Assembly: GCA_017513135.1 (NCBI GenBank)
Contig: JAFWDH010000020.1
Span: 40,965-104,964, forward strand
Direction: 5' to 3'
Length of the DNA: 64,000 nucleotides
Source: Oscillospiraceae bacterium
Lineage (GTDB): Bacteria; Bacillota; Clostridia; Oscillospirales; Ruminococcaceae
The notes under the pieces were generated by a model. That model ran no database searches. It saw only the letters and a list, made by a program, of their open reading frames with translations, and was not told the DNA's origin. Positions 1-8,806 of this stretch are shown here, piece after piece. Both the position numbers and the translations under genes were made by a program. Position 1 is the first letter of the stretch. Every line of letters begins with the position of its first letter.

Positions 1-435
1 AAAGTCATAAAGCTCAGGACCAGTTTTATGATCTCATCTGACAACGCGCATGCTGTCCATCCTAACCATCCCGAGTTCCGTGATCCCAATCACTACCCGA
101 AGATGAACGGCGGCATAGTGATCAAGTTCAACGCTGCGCAGCACTATACGACGGATGCGGTATCTGCGGCGATGTTCCGGCTCCTCTGTGAGAAGGCTGG
201 AGTTCCCTGTCAGGTGTTCGCGAACCGCGCTGATCTCAGAGGCGGCGGCACGCTCGGAAACATTTCGACCACTCAGGTCTCTGTCAACACAGTCGATATA
301 GGTATCGCCCAGCTGGCGATGCATTCCTGTTATGAGACTGCCGGAGCGAAGGATACCGAGTATCTGGTCAGGGCAGCTGAGGTATATTTCGGAAAACACA
401 TAGAAGTTACGGAAACTGGTTATTCGATCAGCTGA
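1..435 (+). CDS. M18-family aminopeptidase, C-terminal part (5' end lies upstream of the window)
   Basis: Frame 1 is open from base 1 to TGA at 433-435. The tail ...DNAHAVHPNHPE...RGGGTLGNI...DIGIAQLAMHSCYE... resembles conserved blocks of M18 (aspartyl/ApeA-type) aminopeptidases. Confidence 0.7.
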   Translation, partial: KVIKLRTSFMISSDNAHAVHPNHPEFRDPNHYPKMNGGIVIKFNAAQHYTTDAVSAAMFRLLCEKAGVPCQVFANRADLRGGGTLGNISTTQVSVNTVDIGIAQLAMHSCYETAGAKDTEYLVRAAEVYFGKHIEVTETGYSIS

Positions 436-507
436 ATTTGTAATATTTTATGATTGATTCCTTTATACAAATACTGTAGACTATCAACTGCACTCTATAA
501 TGACAAG

Positions 508-755
508 GCTGAGAAGGAAACAAGTAATCAGACAAACGCTTTTTCAGAGAGCATCCGGCCGGTGAAAGGATGTAAAAGTGAGTCTGCATGAATACATTCC
601 GGAGCTGCTTCCTGAATCAACAGTAGGGACAGACGGGTCCGCCCGATACAGCGGCGACATCTGCGGGATGTCTTGAGGGCTGTCCTCAAGGATGGCTGAA
701 TAGAGGTGGTACCACGGCTTTTCGTCCTCTGTCGCATTGCGACAGAGGACATTTT
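508..755 (+). promoter_or_regulatory. T-box leader (tyrosine specifier) with intrinsic terminator, controlling tyrS
   Basis: AGAGAG stem-I motif near 546-551. UAC (Tyr) codon at 593-595 in a GAAUACAUUCC context. T-box core AGGTGGTACCACGG at 703-716. Perfect 12-bp hairpin GTCCTCTGTCGC/GCGACAGAGGAC (724-750) followed by ATTTTAATTATT. TATAAT at 496-501 lies upstream. Confidence 0.85.
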
Positions 756-775
756 AATTATTGGAGGATTATCGA

Positions 776-1993
776 ATGCAGATCTACGAGGAACTCAAAG
801 CCAGAGGACTTATTGCTCAGGTAACAAATGAAGAAGAGATCAGGAAGATGGTAAATGAAGGCAAGGCGACCTTCTATATCGGCTTTGACTGCACTGCTGA
901 CAGTCTGACTGCAGGCCATTTCATGGCGCTTTCGCTTATGAAGAGACTTCAGATGGCGGGAAACCATCCTATTGCTCTGATAGGCGGAGGAACAACGATG
1001 ATCGGCGATCCTTCCGGCCGCACCGACATGAGAAAGATGCTGACGCTGGAAGATATCAACCACAACGCAGAGTGCTTCAAGCGCCAGATGGAGAGATTCA
1101 TAGAGTTCGGTGAAGGCAAGGCGATGATGATCAATAACGCCGACTGGCTTCTTTCGCTGAACTATGTTGAGCTGCTGAGGGAGGTCGGAGCCTGCTTTTC
1201 CGTCAACAATATGCTGAGGGCTGAGTGCTATAAACAGAGGATGGAGAAGGGACTCAGTTTCCTTGAGTTCAACTATATGATCATGCAGAGCTACGACTTC
1301 TACTATCTCTTCCAGCATTACGGATGCAACATGCAGTTCGGCGGGGATGACCAGTGGAGCAACATGCTCGGCGGAACCGAGCTCATCAGGAAGAAACTGG
1401 GCAAGGATGCTCACGCCATGACTATCACGCTTCTCACCGACTCGCAGGGCAACAAGATGGGGAAGACTGCAGGTAACGCTGTATGGCTCGATCCGAACAA
1501 GACCAGTCCGTTTGAGTTCTATCAGTACTGGAGAAATGTGGGCGATGCCGATGTCATGAAGTGCATAAGGATGCTGACTTTTATTCCTCTCGATCAGATA
1601 GATGAGATGGACAGGTGGGATGACTCCCGCATCAATGAAAAGAAAGAGATCCTTGCCTTCGAACTTACAAAGCTTGTCCACGGAGAAGAGGAAGCCGGCA
1701 AAGCGATGGAAGCAGCCAGAGCGCTGTTCTCCGGAGAAGGCGATGATGCCAGCATGCCGACTACTGAGGTGGAGGTTGCTGACGGGACGATCGGTATCAT
1801 TGATCTGATGATCGCCTGCGGACTTGCCTCCAGCAGAGGAGAGGCGAGGCGTCTGATCCAGCAGGGCGGAGTTTCAGTCAACGGAGATAAGGTGACTTCT
1901 CAGGATCTCTCACTGAGCGATGATGACCTCAGGGAAGGCGTTAAGATCAGGAAGGGAAAGAAGATATTCCACAGGGCAGTCCTGAAAGGCTGA
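776..1993 (+). CDS. tyrS: Tyrosyl-tRNA synthetase
   Basis: MQIYEELKARGLIAQVT...GFDCTADSLTAGHF (HIGH-like)...KMGKT (KMSKS-like) plus C-terminal S4-like domain. GGAGG at 763-767 sits 8 nt before ATG 776; the track start at 761 is a TTG inside the RBS. Confidence 0.95.
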   Translation: MQIYEELKARGLIAQVTNEEEIRKMVNEGKATFYIGFDCTADSLTAGHFMALSLMKRLQMAGNHPIALIGGGTTMIGDPSGRTDMRKMLTLEDINHNAECFKRQMERFIEFGEGKAMMINNADWLLSLNYVELLREVGACFSVNNMLRAECYKQRMEKGLSFLEFNYMIMQSYDFYYLFQHYGCNMQFGGDDQWSNMLGGTELIRKKLGKDAHAMTITLLTDSQGNKMGKTAGNAVWLDPNKTSPFEFYQYWRNVGDADVMKCIRMLTFIPLDQIDEMDRWDDSRINEKKEILAFELTKLVHGEEEAGKAMEAARALFSGEGDDASMPTTEVEVADGTIGIIDLMIACGLASSRGEARRLIQQGGVSVNGDKVTSQDLSLSDDDLREGVKIRKGKKIFHRAVLKG

Positions 1994-2024
1994 GTCTGAT
2001 TGGGAAGGATCAAAACAGGTTCAG

Positions 2025-2963
2025 ATGGCAGAGAATAGAAAGATACTGGCAGCGGTCGGAGTGGGAACAGCCCTGACTGCTGCCGCGTACGCGCTTACTG
2101 ACAGAATACTCAGGTCAGCTGTGGACAGGGATGCGCAGCTGATGACTGAGGTCAACAGAAAAGACGGAGAGAATCCGTACGCCAGGTTCGATGAACCCGG
2201 AGAGCGGCTCAGAAACACACCTCACGAGACTGTTGAGATCACCGCACATGACGGCGTGAAACTGACAGGGCACTGGTTTGAGGCAGAAAATCCGCGGAGG
2301 ATCATACTCGCAGCGCACGGATGGAGGGCGAGCTGGTACAGGGATTTCGGCTATTCATATCCGTTCCTGAAAAGCGAGAGCTGCAGTATTCTCTACATAG
2401 AGCAGCGAGGACAAGGCGCCAGCGGCGGCCGGTATATGGGATTCGGCCTGCTTGAAAGATTCGATATACCCGACTGGCTCAACTGGATAACGGAAAGGTG
2501 CGGCAGTGAGCTGCCGGTCTATCTTGCAGGGATATCTATGGGAGCGACGACGGTGCTCATGGCTTCCGGACTGGATCTTCCTTCTTGTGTCAGAGGCATA
2601 ATCGCCGACTGCGGTTTTACATCGCCTGCAGCTATATGGAGGCATGTAGCAAGAAAAGAGATGCATATACCTTATCTGATGACAGGGCTTTTTTCCGGAC
2701 CTGTCTGCAGGCGGATACTGGGCGTATCGCCGTCTTCATATTCCACAGTGGATGCGATGAAGAAAAACAGGGTACCGGTACTGTTTGTGCACGGGCAGGA
2801 TGATTCCTTTGTGCCTGTCAGCATGACCCGTGAGAACTATGATGCATGTAAGGCACCGAAGGAGATCATGATAGTGCCCGGAGCCATACACGGGATGAGT
2901 TACGCAGTGGCTAAAGAAAGATACGAAGAAAAAGAGAAGCAGTTCTGGAAAAAATACGACTGA
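2025..2963 (+). CDS. Alpha/beta-fold serine hydrolase with N-terminal membrane anchor
   Basis: Hydrophobic N-terminus (ILAAVGVGTALTAAAYAL), nucleophile elbow GISMGATT, HGQDDSFVP and GAIHGMS blocks (Ser-Asp-His order). Confidence 0.75.
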   Translation: MAENRKILAAVGVGTALTAAAYALTDRILRSAVDRDAQLMTEVNRKDGENPYARFDEPGERLRNTPHETVEITAHDGVKLTGHWFEAENPRRIILAAHGWRASWYRDFGYSYPFLKSESCSILYIEQRGQGASGGRYMGFGLLERFDIPDWLNWITERCGSELPVYLAGISMGATTVLMASGLDLPSCVRGIIADCGFTSPAAIWRHVARKEMHIPYLMTGLFSGPVCRRILGVSPSSYSTVDAMKKNRVPVLFVHGQDDSFVPVSMTRENYDACKAPKEIMIVPGAIHGMSYAVAKERYEEKEKQFWKKYD

Positions 2964-2985
2964 TCGGTATTGCCGTAAAGATAAG

Positions 2986-3015
2986 AGATGCTGTCGGTGA
3001 CGGCATCTTTTTTTT
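2986..3015 (+). terminator. Rho-independent terminator after the hydrolase gene
   Basis: GATGCTG/CGGCATC stem (one G-U pair) followed by TTTTTTTT. Confidence 0.7.
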
Positions 3016-3108
3016 GAAAAAATAGGAAAAACTGTTTTCATTGTGCAATATGCGGTACAAACGCGATGCTATCATTAGATCAACAGAGAGATGCTGGAAG
3101 GAGTGATA

Positions 3109-3276
3109 GAGGTGAGCAGAAAGATACTTGATTTCATTGCGGCGCTTTGCTTCTGTTTTGATGTCGACTGGGACAGGGATTTTCCTGATGATGAATACTG
3201 CCTGGAGAAAAAAGGCAAAAGGAAAGCGAAGATCGTGGAGATGCCGGCCGGAACAGAAGTTCCCAGAGCCAGCTGA
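3109..3276 (+). CDS. Hypothetical small protein (about 55 aa), weakly supported
   Basis: AAGGAG 8 nt upstream of GTG 3109. ORF ...SRKILDFIAALCFCFDVDWDRDFPDDEYCLEKKGKRKAKIVEMPAGTEVPRAS. No recognisable family. Sits alone in a 460-bp gap. Confidence 0.25.
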   Translation, partial: EVSRKILDFIAALCFCFDVDWDRDFPDDEYCLEKKGKRKAKIVEMPAGTEVPRAS

Positions 3277-3366
3277 ACTGTAGAACGGTATGACAGAACC
3301 TGCTTTTCACCCGCAAAGCGGCTGGCCGCAGGAAGATCGGTAACGATACAGCAGTTGTACTGGATC

Positions 3367-3420
3367 ACATATACAATAAAGCCCGGAGGCTGACGAGTCT
3401 CCGGGCTTTATTGTATATGT
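3367..3420. terminator. Bidirectional terminator: 22-bp perfect inverted repeat flanked by A/T tracts, serving htpG
   Basis: ACATATACAATAAAGCCCGGAG-(10 nt)-CTCCGGGCTTTATTGTATATGT. The GC core is flanked by AATAAA/TTTATT, so it reads as a terminator on both strands. Confidence 0.8.
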
Positions 3421-3426
3421 AAGTTA

Positions 3427-5349
3427 TCAGAATAGACTGCAGATGAGATCCGTGTATTCTCTCGGATCTTCCAGCGGGATGTCCGCTATCAGATCAGCCT
3501 GTGCCAGAAGTATCTTTGCAAGCACTGCTGCTTTGTCTCTGTCTTCAGCAAAGGCTTTCTGCAGCGCCTGGAATGCCTTGTGACTGCCGTTTATCTCCAG
3601 AACCTTTTTTGCTTTGACATCCTTGAACTGGTCTCCGGGCAATGATTTAAGGTATTTTTCAGCTTCCAGAGTTATGTCGCCTTCCGTGGAGAGGAACACG
3701 GGGTAGGATCTGAGCTTGTGAGAGAGTTTCACGTCCTCTACCTTGCCGGACAGGGTCTCCCTGACGAAGTCCAGAAGTTCACGGTTTTCTTCGGCCTTCT
3801 TCTCTGTTTCGGCTTTTTCCTCTTCGGTCTCTAGACCCAGATCGTCGGAACTGATATTGCAGAACTCCTTCTCCGCATACTGTCCGAGAACGCTGACAAC
3901 GAAGGTGTCGGCTTCGTCCGTCATATACAGTATGGAGTATCCGGCGTCTGTCACCTGCTCCGTCTGAGGGAGAGATTCGGCTCTGGAAACGGAATCCGCC
4001 GCAGCGTAATAGATCTTCTCCTGCTTTTCCGGCATATCCTTCACGTATTCATCCAGGCTGACCAGTCCGTCTTTCCCGGAGCATCTGTAGACAAGAAGAT
4101 CCTTGAGGAGATCCTTGTGCATTCCGTAATCGCTTACGATTCCGTATTTGATCAGCGGTGCAAACTGATCCCAGAATTTGGCATAGGAATCGCGGTCATC
4201 GTCCAGCATGGATCTGAGTTTGGATTTGATCCTTTTCTCAAGATTTCCGGCTATGATTTTGAGCTGGCGGTCATGCTGCAGCATCTCTCTGGAAATGTTC
4301 AGGCTGAGATCCGGAGAATCCACCACGCCGCGGACGAAACGGAAGCAGTCGGGCAGAAGGTCTGCGCACTTTTCCATGATCATTACGCCGCTGCTGTACA
4401 GCTGAAGACCGGGCTGATAGTCTCTTGTATAGAGGTCGTACGGAGCTTTTCCCGGAACGAAGAGCATGGCTTTGAAAGAAACCGTGCCTTCCGCGTCGAT
4501 CCTAATGACTGCAAGGGGATCCTCCTGATCATGGAAGTGATCCTTGTAGAACTGCATGCAATCTTCATCAGTTACGTCTGACTTTGAACGCTGCCATATG
4601 GGGATCATGGAGTTCACCGTTTCTTCTGAGCTCACCGGAACGTATTTGGTCTTGGGCTTTCCGTCCTCATCGACTTCGCCGGTCTCCTGCTGCTCGTAGT
4701 GTTCAACATCCATTCTGATCGGCCAGCGGACATAATCGGAGTATTTTTTGATCAGCTCACGGAGCCTCCACCCGTCAAGATACTCACTGTAGTGCTCATC
4801 TTCGGTATCGGGTTTTATGTGCATTATCACATCGGTGCCTATATCAGCTTTTTCATAGTCATCGATCGTATAGCCGTCAACTCCGGAGGATTCCCACTTC
4901 GCACCGGTCTCTTCTCCGTATCTGTGGGACAGCACAGTGACTTTATCGGACACCATGAAAGCGCTGTAAAAGCCGACGCCGAACTGGCCGATGATATCGA
5001 GATCCGGAGCTTCGTTCTTCTTGTCTTCAGTGAGGTCGTTTTTGAACTGAAGGGAACCGCTGCGCGCGATGACGCCGAGATTGCTCTCCATCTCTGCTTT
5101 GTTCATTCCGATGCCGTTATCGGACACGGTCACGGTACGGGCATCCTTGTCGACCCTGATCCTTATCCTGAAGTCATCTCTGCTCAGACCCACGTTCTCG
5201 TCTGTCAGGGCGAGGTAGCACAGTTTGTCTATAGCATCAGAAGCATTTGAAACGACCTCACGGAGAAAGATCTCCTTATGCGTGTAGATCGAGTTGATCA
5301 TAAGGTCCAGAAGGCGTTTGCTTTCTGCCTTGAACTGCTTTTTTGCCAT
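3427..5349 (-). CDS. htpG: Hsp90-family chaperone HtpG
   Basis: MAKKQFKAESKRLLDLMINSIYTHKEIFLREVVSNASDAIDKL... and GQFGVGFYSAFMV are signature HtpG blocks. 640 aa. Confidence 0.95.
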   Translation of the reverse strand: MAKKQFKAESKRLLDLMINSIYTHKEIFLREVVSNASDAIDKLCYLALTDENVGLSRDDFRIRIRVDKDARTVTVSDNGIGMNKAEMESNLGVIARSGSLQFKNDLTEDKKNEAPDLDIIGQFGVGFYSAFMVSDKVTVLSHRYGEETGAKWESSGVDGYTIDDYEKADIGTDVIMHIKPDTEDEHYSEYLDGWRLRELIKKYSDYVRWPIRMDVEHYEQQETGEVDEDGKPKTKYVPVSSEETVNSMIPIWQRSKSDVTDEDCMQFYKDHFHDQEDPLAVIRIDAEGTVSFKAMLFVPGKAPYDLYTRDYQPGLQLYSSGVMIMEKCADLLPDCFRFVRGVVDSPDLSLNISREMLQHDRQLKIIAGNLEKRIKSKLRSMLDDDRDSYAKFWDQFAPLIKYGIVSDYGMHKDLLKDLLVYRCSGKDGLVSLDEYVKDMPEKQEKIYYAAADSVSRAESLPQTEQVTDAGYSILYMTDEADTFVVSVLGQYAEKEFCNISSDDLGLETEEEKAETEKKAEENRELLDFVRETLSGKVEDVKLSHKLRSYPVFLSTEGDITLEAEKYLKSLPGDQFKDVKAKKVLEINGSHKAFQALQKAFAEDRDKAAVLAKILLAQADLIADIPLEDPREYTDLICSLF

Positions 5350-5427
5350 ATACAGCCTCCATATATATTATTGATTATTAATGTATTAAGGCGGCAGGAA
5401 TCCATATCAGACCTTCCGCCACACAAG

Positions 5428-5469
5428 ATTATACCACCATTATTAGCACTTGCAACAATAGAGTGCTGA
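5428..5469 (-). promoter_or_regulatory. htpG promoter with overlapping CIRCE (HrcA operator)
   Basis: CIRCE-like TTAGCACTT-N9-GAGTGCTGA at 5443-5469 (16/18 to TTAGCACTC-N9-GAGTGCTAA). On the minus strand, TTGCAA (5450-5455) lies inside it, then a 16-nt spacer, then TGgTATAAT (TATAAT at 5428-5433). Confidence 0.8.
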
Positions 5470-5608
5470 CAAACGGGCGGATAAAACTCGGAACAGAAGG
5501 AGTAAGCCGGGATCGGATGCGGGATAAAGACAGTTCTGACGGAAGCGCGAACGGTGTTATAATACTTTTAGGCGAAACGCAAGAGAAGAGAAAGGAGAGA
5601 CTGAAACA

Positions 5609-6448
5609 ATGGTTGTAATGAAACTGAATTTCCACTCGATAGATCTGGGAATTCACACCAAGGTCAATGTCATCCTGCCTACAGGTAGACCTGTGTTCTA
5701 TCAGGAGAGACAGAAAGAGCTCTATCAGGTGCTCTGGCTGCTCCATGGCGGGACGGATGACTGCAATGATTTTATCCAGAACACTAATATCTGCCGCTAT
5801 GCGGAGGAGAACAAGATCGCCGTGATACTTCCCGAAGATGACGATGCTTTCTTCACTGACGGGTATATCCAGAACGGAGGACTGTATTTCTCCTATGTGA
5901 CTGAAGAGCTCGTCAAGATGTGCCGCAGCATACTCCCCATCTCTGACAAGCGCGAAGACAACTTCGTTGCGGGAAACTCCATGGGATCAGGCGGTGCCAT
6001 GAAGTGCGCGGTCCTTCATCCTGAACTGTACGGCGCGGCTCTTATGATGAGCGGTGCAGGTATCCGTATGCATAGGGCAGAGGACACGTGGGTGTCCGGA
6101 TTCCTAGACAAAGTAATAAACGGTGAGGATGTTTCCGATTATCCCAGACCTGAGGATCCCAAGAGAGATGTGCAGATGGCCATTCCGATCTATGATATTC
6201 TCAGTGACCCTGACAAAAAGGCAGCACTTCCCAAAATGTTCTTCACATGCGGCGGCGCTGACAGGATCATAGATGATGTTAAAAAAGGTCTGAAGTTCTA
6301 TGACAAGCTGGGACTTGATTATTTCTGGGAGGAAGTACCTGGATATCAGCATGAATGGGATTTCTGGGACATGCAGCTTCGCAAAGCACTGAAAGAGTGG
6401 CTGCCGCTCAAACATGCGGCTATCGTTCCCGGAAAGGAGGAGGAATAA
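5609..6448 (+). CDS. Esterase-D/CE1-type serine esterase (paralog 1)
   Basis: LWLLHGGTDD, GNSMGSGGA nucleophile elbow, C-terminal GYQHEWDFWD His block. AAAGGAGAG RBS upstream. Confidence 0.75.
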   Translation: MVVMKLNFHSIDLGIHTKVNVILPTGRPVFYQERQKELYQVLWLLHGGTDDCNDFIQNTNICRYAEENKIAVILPEDDDAFFTDGYIQNGGLYFSYVTEELVKMCRSILPISDKREDNFVAGNSMGSGGAMKCAVLHPELYGAALMMSGAGIRMHRAEDTWVSGFLDKVINGEDVSDYPRPEDPKRDVQMAIPIYDILSDPDKKAALPKMFFTCGGADRIIDDVKKGLKFYDKLGLDYFWEEVPGYQHEWDFWDMQLRKALKEWLPLKHAAIVPGKEEE

Positions 6449-6450
6449 TA

Positions 6451-7257
6451 ATGGCAGTTATAAGTATGAACCTGTCTTCCGGCTGTCTTCGAATGAAGAC
6501 GGATGTTATGGTGATCCTTCCGTTCTATTCCCCCTATGATATCGCGGACGGAAAAAGAGACGAGATCTTTCCGATAGGAAAGAAGTACCAGGTACTGTGG
6601 CTTCTGAACGGAGGCAACGGGAATGACTGGGACTACATCACCTATTCCAATATAGTCAGATACGCATATGAACACATGATCGCAGTTGTCATGCCTTCGG
6701 GTTATAACATGAACTATGATGACTTCGACCCGGGTATGAAGATGTGCAGGTATATAGGGGAAGAGCTTCCCAACATGCTGAGAAATATCTTCCCGTTCTC
6801 TGACAGAAGAGAAGACAATTTCATCGGCGGACTGTCCATGGGGTCCAACGGCGCTCAGAAGATCGCTATCCGTTATCCGGAAAACTATGCGGCAGTGCTT
6901 GCGATGTCAGCCGGTTCGTTCAATGTGCGTCCCAAGGACGAGGTACGTACGGTCCGTATCAATACCGGCATGCCTATGCCGCCTCACAAACCGGACGAGA
7001 TGGAAGAAAACTGCGAGATTTTGAAAAAAGATATCGCGGAAGGAAAGAAACTGCCCAAGTTCTTCATGATCTGGGGTGAGAAGGATATCGCCAGGGAAGG
7101 ATCCATACGTTCGGTCAAGTTCCTGAGAGAACAGGGGTGCGATGTTTATGAAGAAGAAGTCCCCGGAGTAGGTCACTGGTGGGATCTGTGGGATCCTACG
7201 CTGAAAAAGGCACTGGATGAGCTGCTGCCGATCAAGCATGATCTTCTGACTGATTGA
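6451..7257 (+). CDS. Esterase-D/CE1-type serine esterase (paralog 2)
   Basis: ATG 6451 preceded by GGAAAGGAGGAGG. LWLLNGGNGND, GLSMGSNGA and GVGHWWDLWD parallel the upstream paralog. The track ORF start at 6355 overlaps the previous gene. Confidence 0.75.
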   Translation: MAVISMNLSSGCLRMKTDVMVILPFYSPYDIADGKRDEIFPIGKKYQVLWLLNGGNGNDWDYITYSNIVRYAYEHMIAVVMPSGYNMNYDDFDPGMKMCRYIGEELPNMLRNIFPFSDRREDNFIGGLSMGSNGAQKIAIRYPENYAAVLAMSAGSFNVRPKDEVRTVRINTGMPMPPHKPDEMEENCEILKKDIAEGKKLPKFFMIWGEKDIAREGSIRSVKFLREQGCDVYEEEVPGVGHWWDLWDPTLKKALDELLPIKHDLLTD

Positions 7258-7323
7258 ACGTCATGACTGCCGTCTGTGCCGTTCCCGTCGGTGCGGAGCG
7301 GAAATGATATCATACTAGCTTAG

Positions 7324-7349
7324 GGGATCTCCTCAGGAGATCCCTTTTT
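7324..7349 (+). terminator. Rho-independent terminator after the esterase pair
   Basis: GGGATCTCC-TCA-GGAGATCCC followed by TTTTT. Confidence 0.8.
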
Positions 7350-7694
7350 GCTTTTCAAAACGGACTGAAAGCATATGCTGCATCTTTCGTAGCGGGAAAA
7401 ACAGGAATAACAGGCTTGCAAACACAACATATATATATCAAGCACAGAAATATAAAAACATAGTTAACGAATCTGTAACAACTCACTATGTAATTGTGTT
7501 TTTGACTATTTATTGTGTAAAAAGAAGTTAAAAAACTGTCATCACTGTTGTAAAATGTGACCTGTTCTAGATATATTAGTATTAATCAATCAGGGAGACG
7601 ATTATTTGAGAATAGTTTTAGACAGTAGGCTCCGTTCTGGGAGTCTCCCGAAGCTGAAACAGGAACGGATGAATACTGAAACAAGGAGGAACGT

Positions 7695-8699
7695 ATGAAA
7701 AAAATCCTTTCGATCATGCTGATCCTGGTCCTTGCTCTCAGCCTTGTTGCTTGCGGTAAGAAGGAAGAGGGCGGCGGAGATGACGGCGGCAAGAAGAAAC
7801 TGAAATTCGCCATCATCTATACAGCTCTTGGTGACTTCTGGGATATGTGCGGACAGGGCGGCTACCTGAGAGTAGAAGAGCTCAAGACCGAGTATCCTGA
7901 CTATGAGATCGAGCTGGAGTGCACAGCCGCTTCAGAGAGAGGTCTTACAGCGCAGATTCAGGTCGTTGAGAACATCATCGCTCTCGGCTACCAGGCAATG
8001 ACCATTGCTGCAGCAGACGCTGAAGGTCTGACCCCTGTTATCAACCAGGCTGTTGACTCCGGCATGTTCGTCCTCACCATGGACACTGACTGCCCCGACA
8101 GCAAGAGAACAGCTTTCGTTGGAACACACAACGAGAACTTCGGACGCAAGCTCGCTCAGTTCGCAGTTGACTGGGTAGACGGCGGCCCCAAGGTCATCGT
8201 AAACCACGGCGCAATTGCTCAGCTCGGAATGATCCAGCGTCTTAAGGGCATCACCGATGTTCTCAATGAGAACGCCGATAAGGGCGCGGTCCTGCTCGAT
8301 GCACAGTCCACCGTTGAGGGTGGTCCTGATGGACAGGCACTCTGCGAGCAGATGATGCTTTCACATCCGGATTGGAACACCACAATGTGCGACAGCGCAG
8401 GCGGATCCGTTGTTGCGGCTGTTTGGGAAGAGAACGGCTGGAACGATGCTCATGAAAACCATCAGCGCGCATCAGTCCTTTCCGACGACGTCAACCAGGT
8501 CATCAACGCCGTTAAGGACGGCTTCGCAACCTGCACACTCGTTCAGAAGCAGTGGCAGTGGGCGTATCATGGAGTCGACTTCATGTTCAAGAAGATCGCT
8601 CTGGGACAGGATCCCGGCACCGACTTCTATGAGACCTCGACCTTCTATGTAACCCTTGACAACGTCTATGATGACGACATGTATCCGAACAGGCAGTAA
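7695..8699 (+). CDS. Lipoprotein, type-1 periplasmic-binding-fold sugar-binding protein (no cognate permease or ATPase adjacent)
   Basis: Lipobox LSLVAC-GKKEEGGGDDGG linker. Ribose/galactose-binding-protein-like body (KFAIIYTALGDFW..., NQAVDSGMFVLTMD, FVGTHNENFG). AAGGAGG RBS. Confidence 0.7.
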   Translation: MKKILSIMLILVLALSLVACGKKEEGGGDDGGKKKLKFAIIYTALGDFWDMCGQGGYLRVEELKTEYPDYEIELECTAASERGLTAQIQVVENIIALGYQAMTIAAADAEGLTPVINQAVDSGMFVLTMDTDCPDSKRTAFVGTHNENFGRKLAQFAVDWVDGGPKVIVNHGAIAQLGMIQRLKGITDVLNENADKGAVLLDAQSTVEGGPDGQALCEQMMLSHPDWNTTMCDSAGGSVVAAVWEENGWNDAHENHQRASVLSDDVNQVINAVKDGFATCTLVQKQWQWAYHGVDFMFKKIALGQDPGTDFYETSTFYVTLDNVYDDDMYPNRQ

Positions 8700-8733
8700 T
8701 TGACCGTTCAGATATAGTCTGAGGTAACTCAAA

Positions 8734-8760
8734 AGGGACCGCGTAAGCGGTCTCTTTTTC
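8734..8760 (+). terminator. Rho-independent terminator after the binding-protein gene
   Basis: AGGGACCGC-GTAA-GCGGTCTCT followed by TTTTC. Confidence 0.7.
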
Positions 8761-8806
8761 TTTGCGTCTTGCAGCATTCATGCACAGAAAACATACACAA
8801 AAATAA

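Noticed and set aside
758-1681. 307-aa ORF antisense to tyrS. Similar long antisense or alternative-frame ORFs occur at 9232-9978, 36281-36982, 37224-37937, 45426-46220, 49824-50561, 18698-19219 and 30751-31272.
   Set aside because: All lie inside or opposite genes with unmistakable protein-family signatures. They have low-complexity or Arg/Ser/Leu-rich translations and no RBS, and they cross gene boundaries (for example 45426-46220 spans an intergenic region). They are shadow ORFs typical of about 50% GC DNA.
7695-7800. Nucleotide similarity between the signal-peptide regions of the two lipoprotein genes (7695 and 45966), considered as a possible repeat or duplication.
   Set aside because: The similarity is confined to the lipobox/Lys-Glu linker (LALSL(V/A)ACGKKEE). 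It reflects common signal-peptide constraints, and the mature proteins belong to different families.
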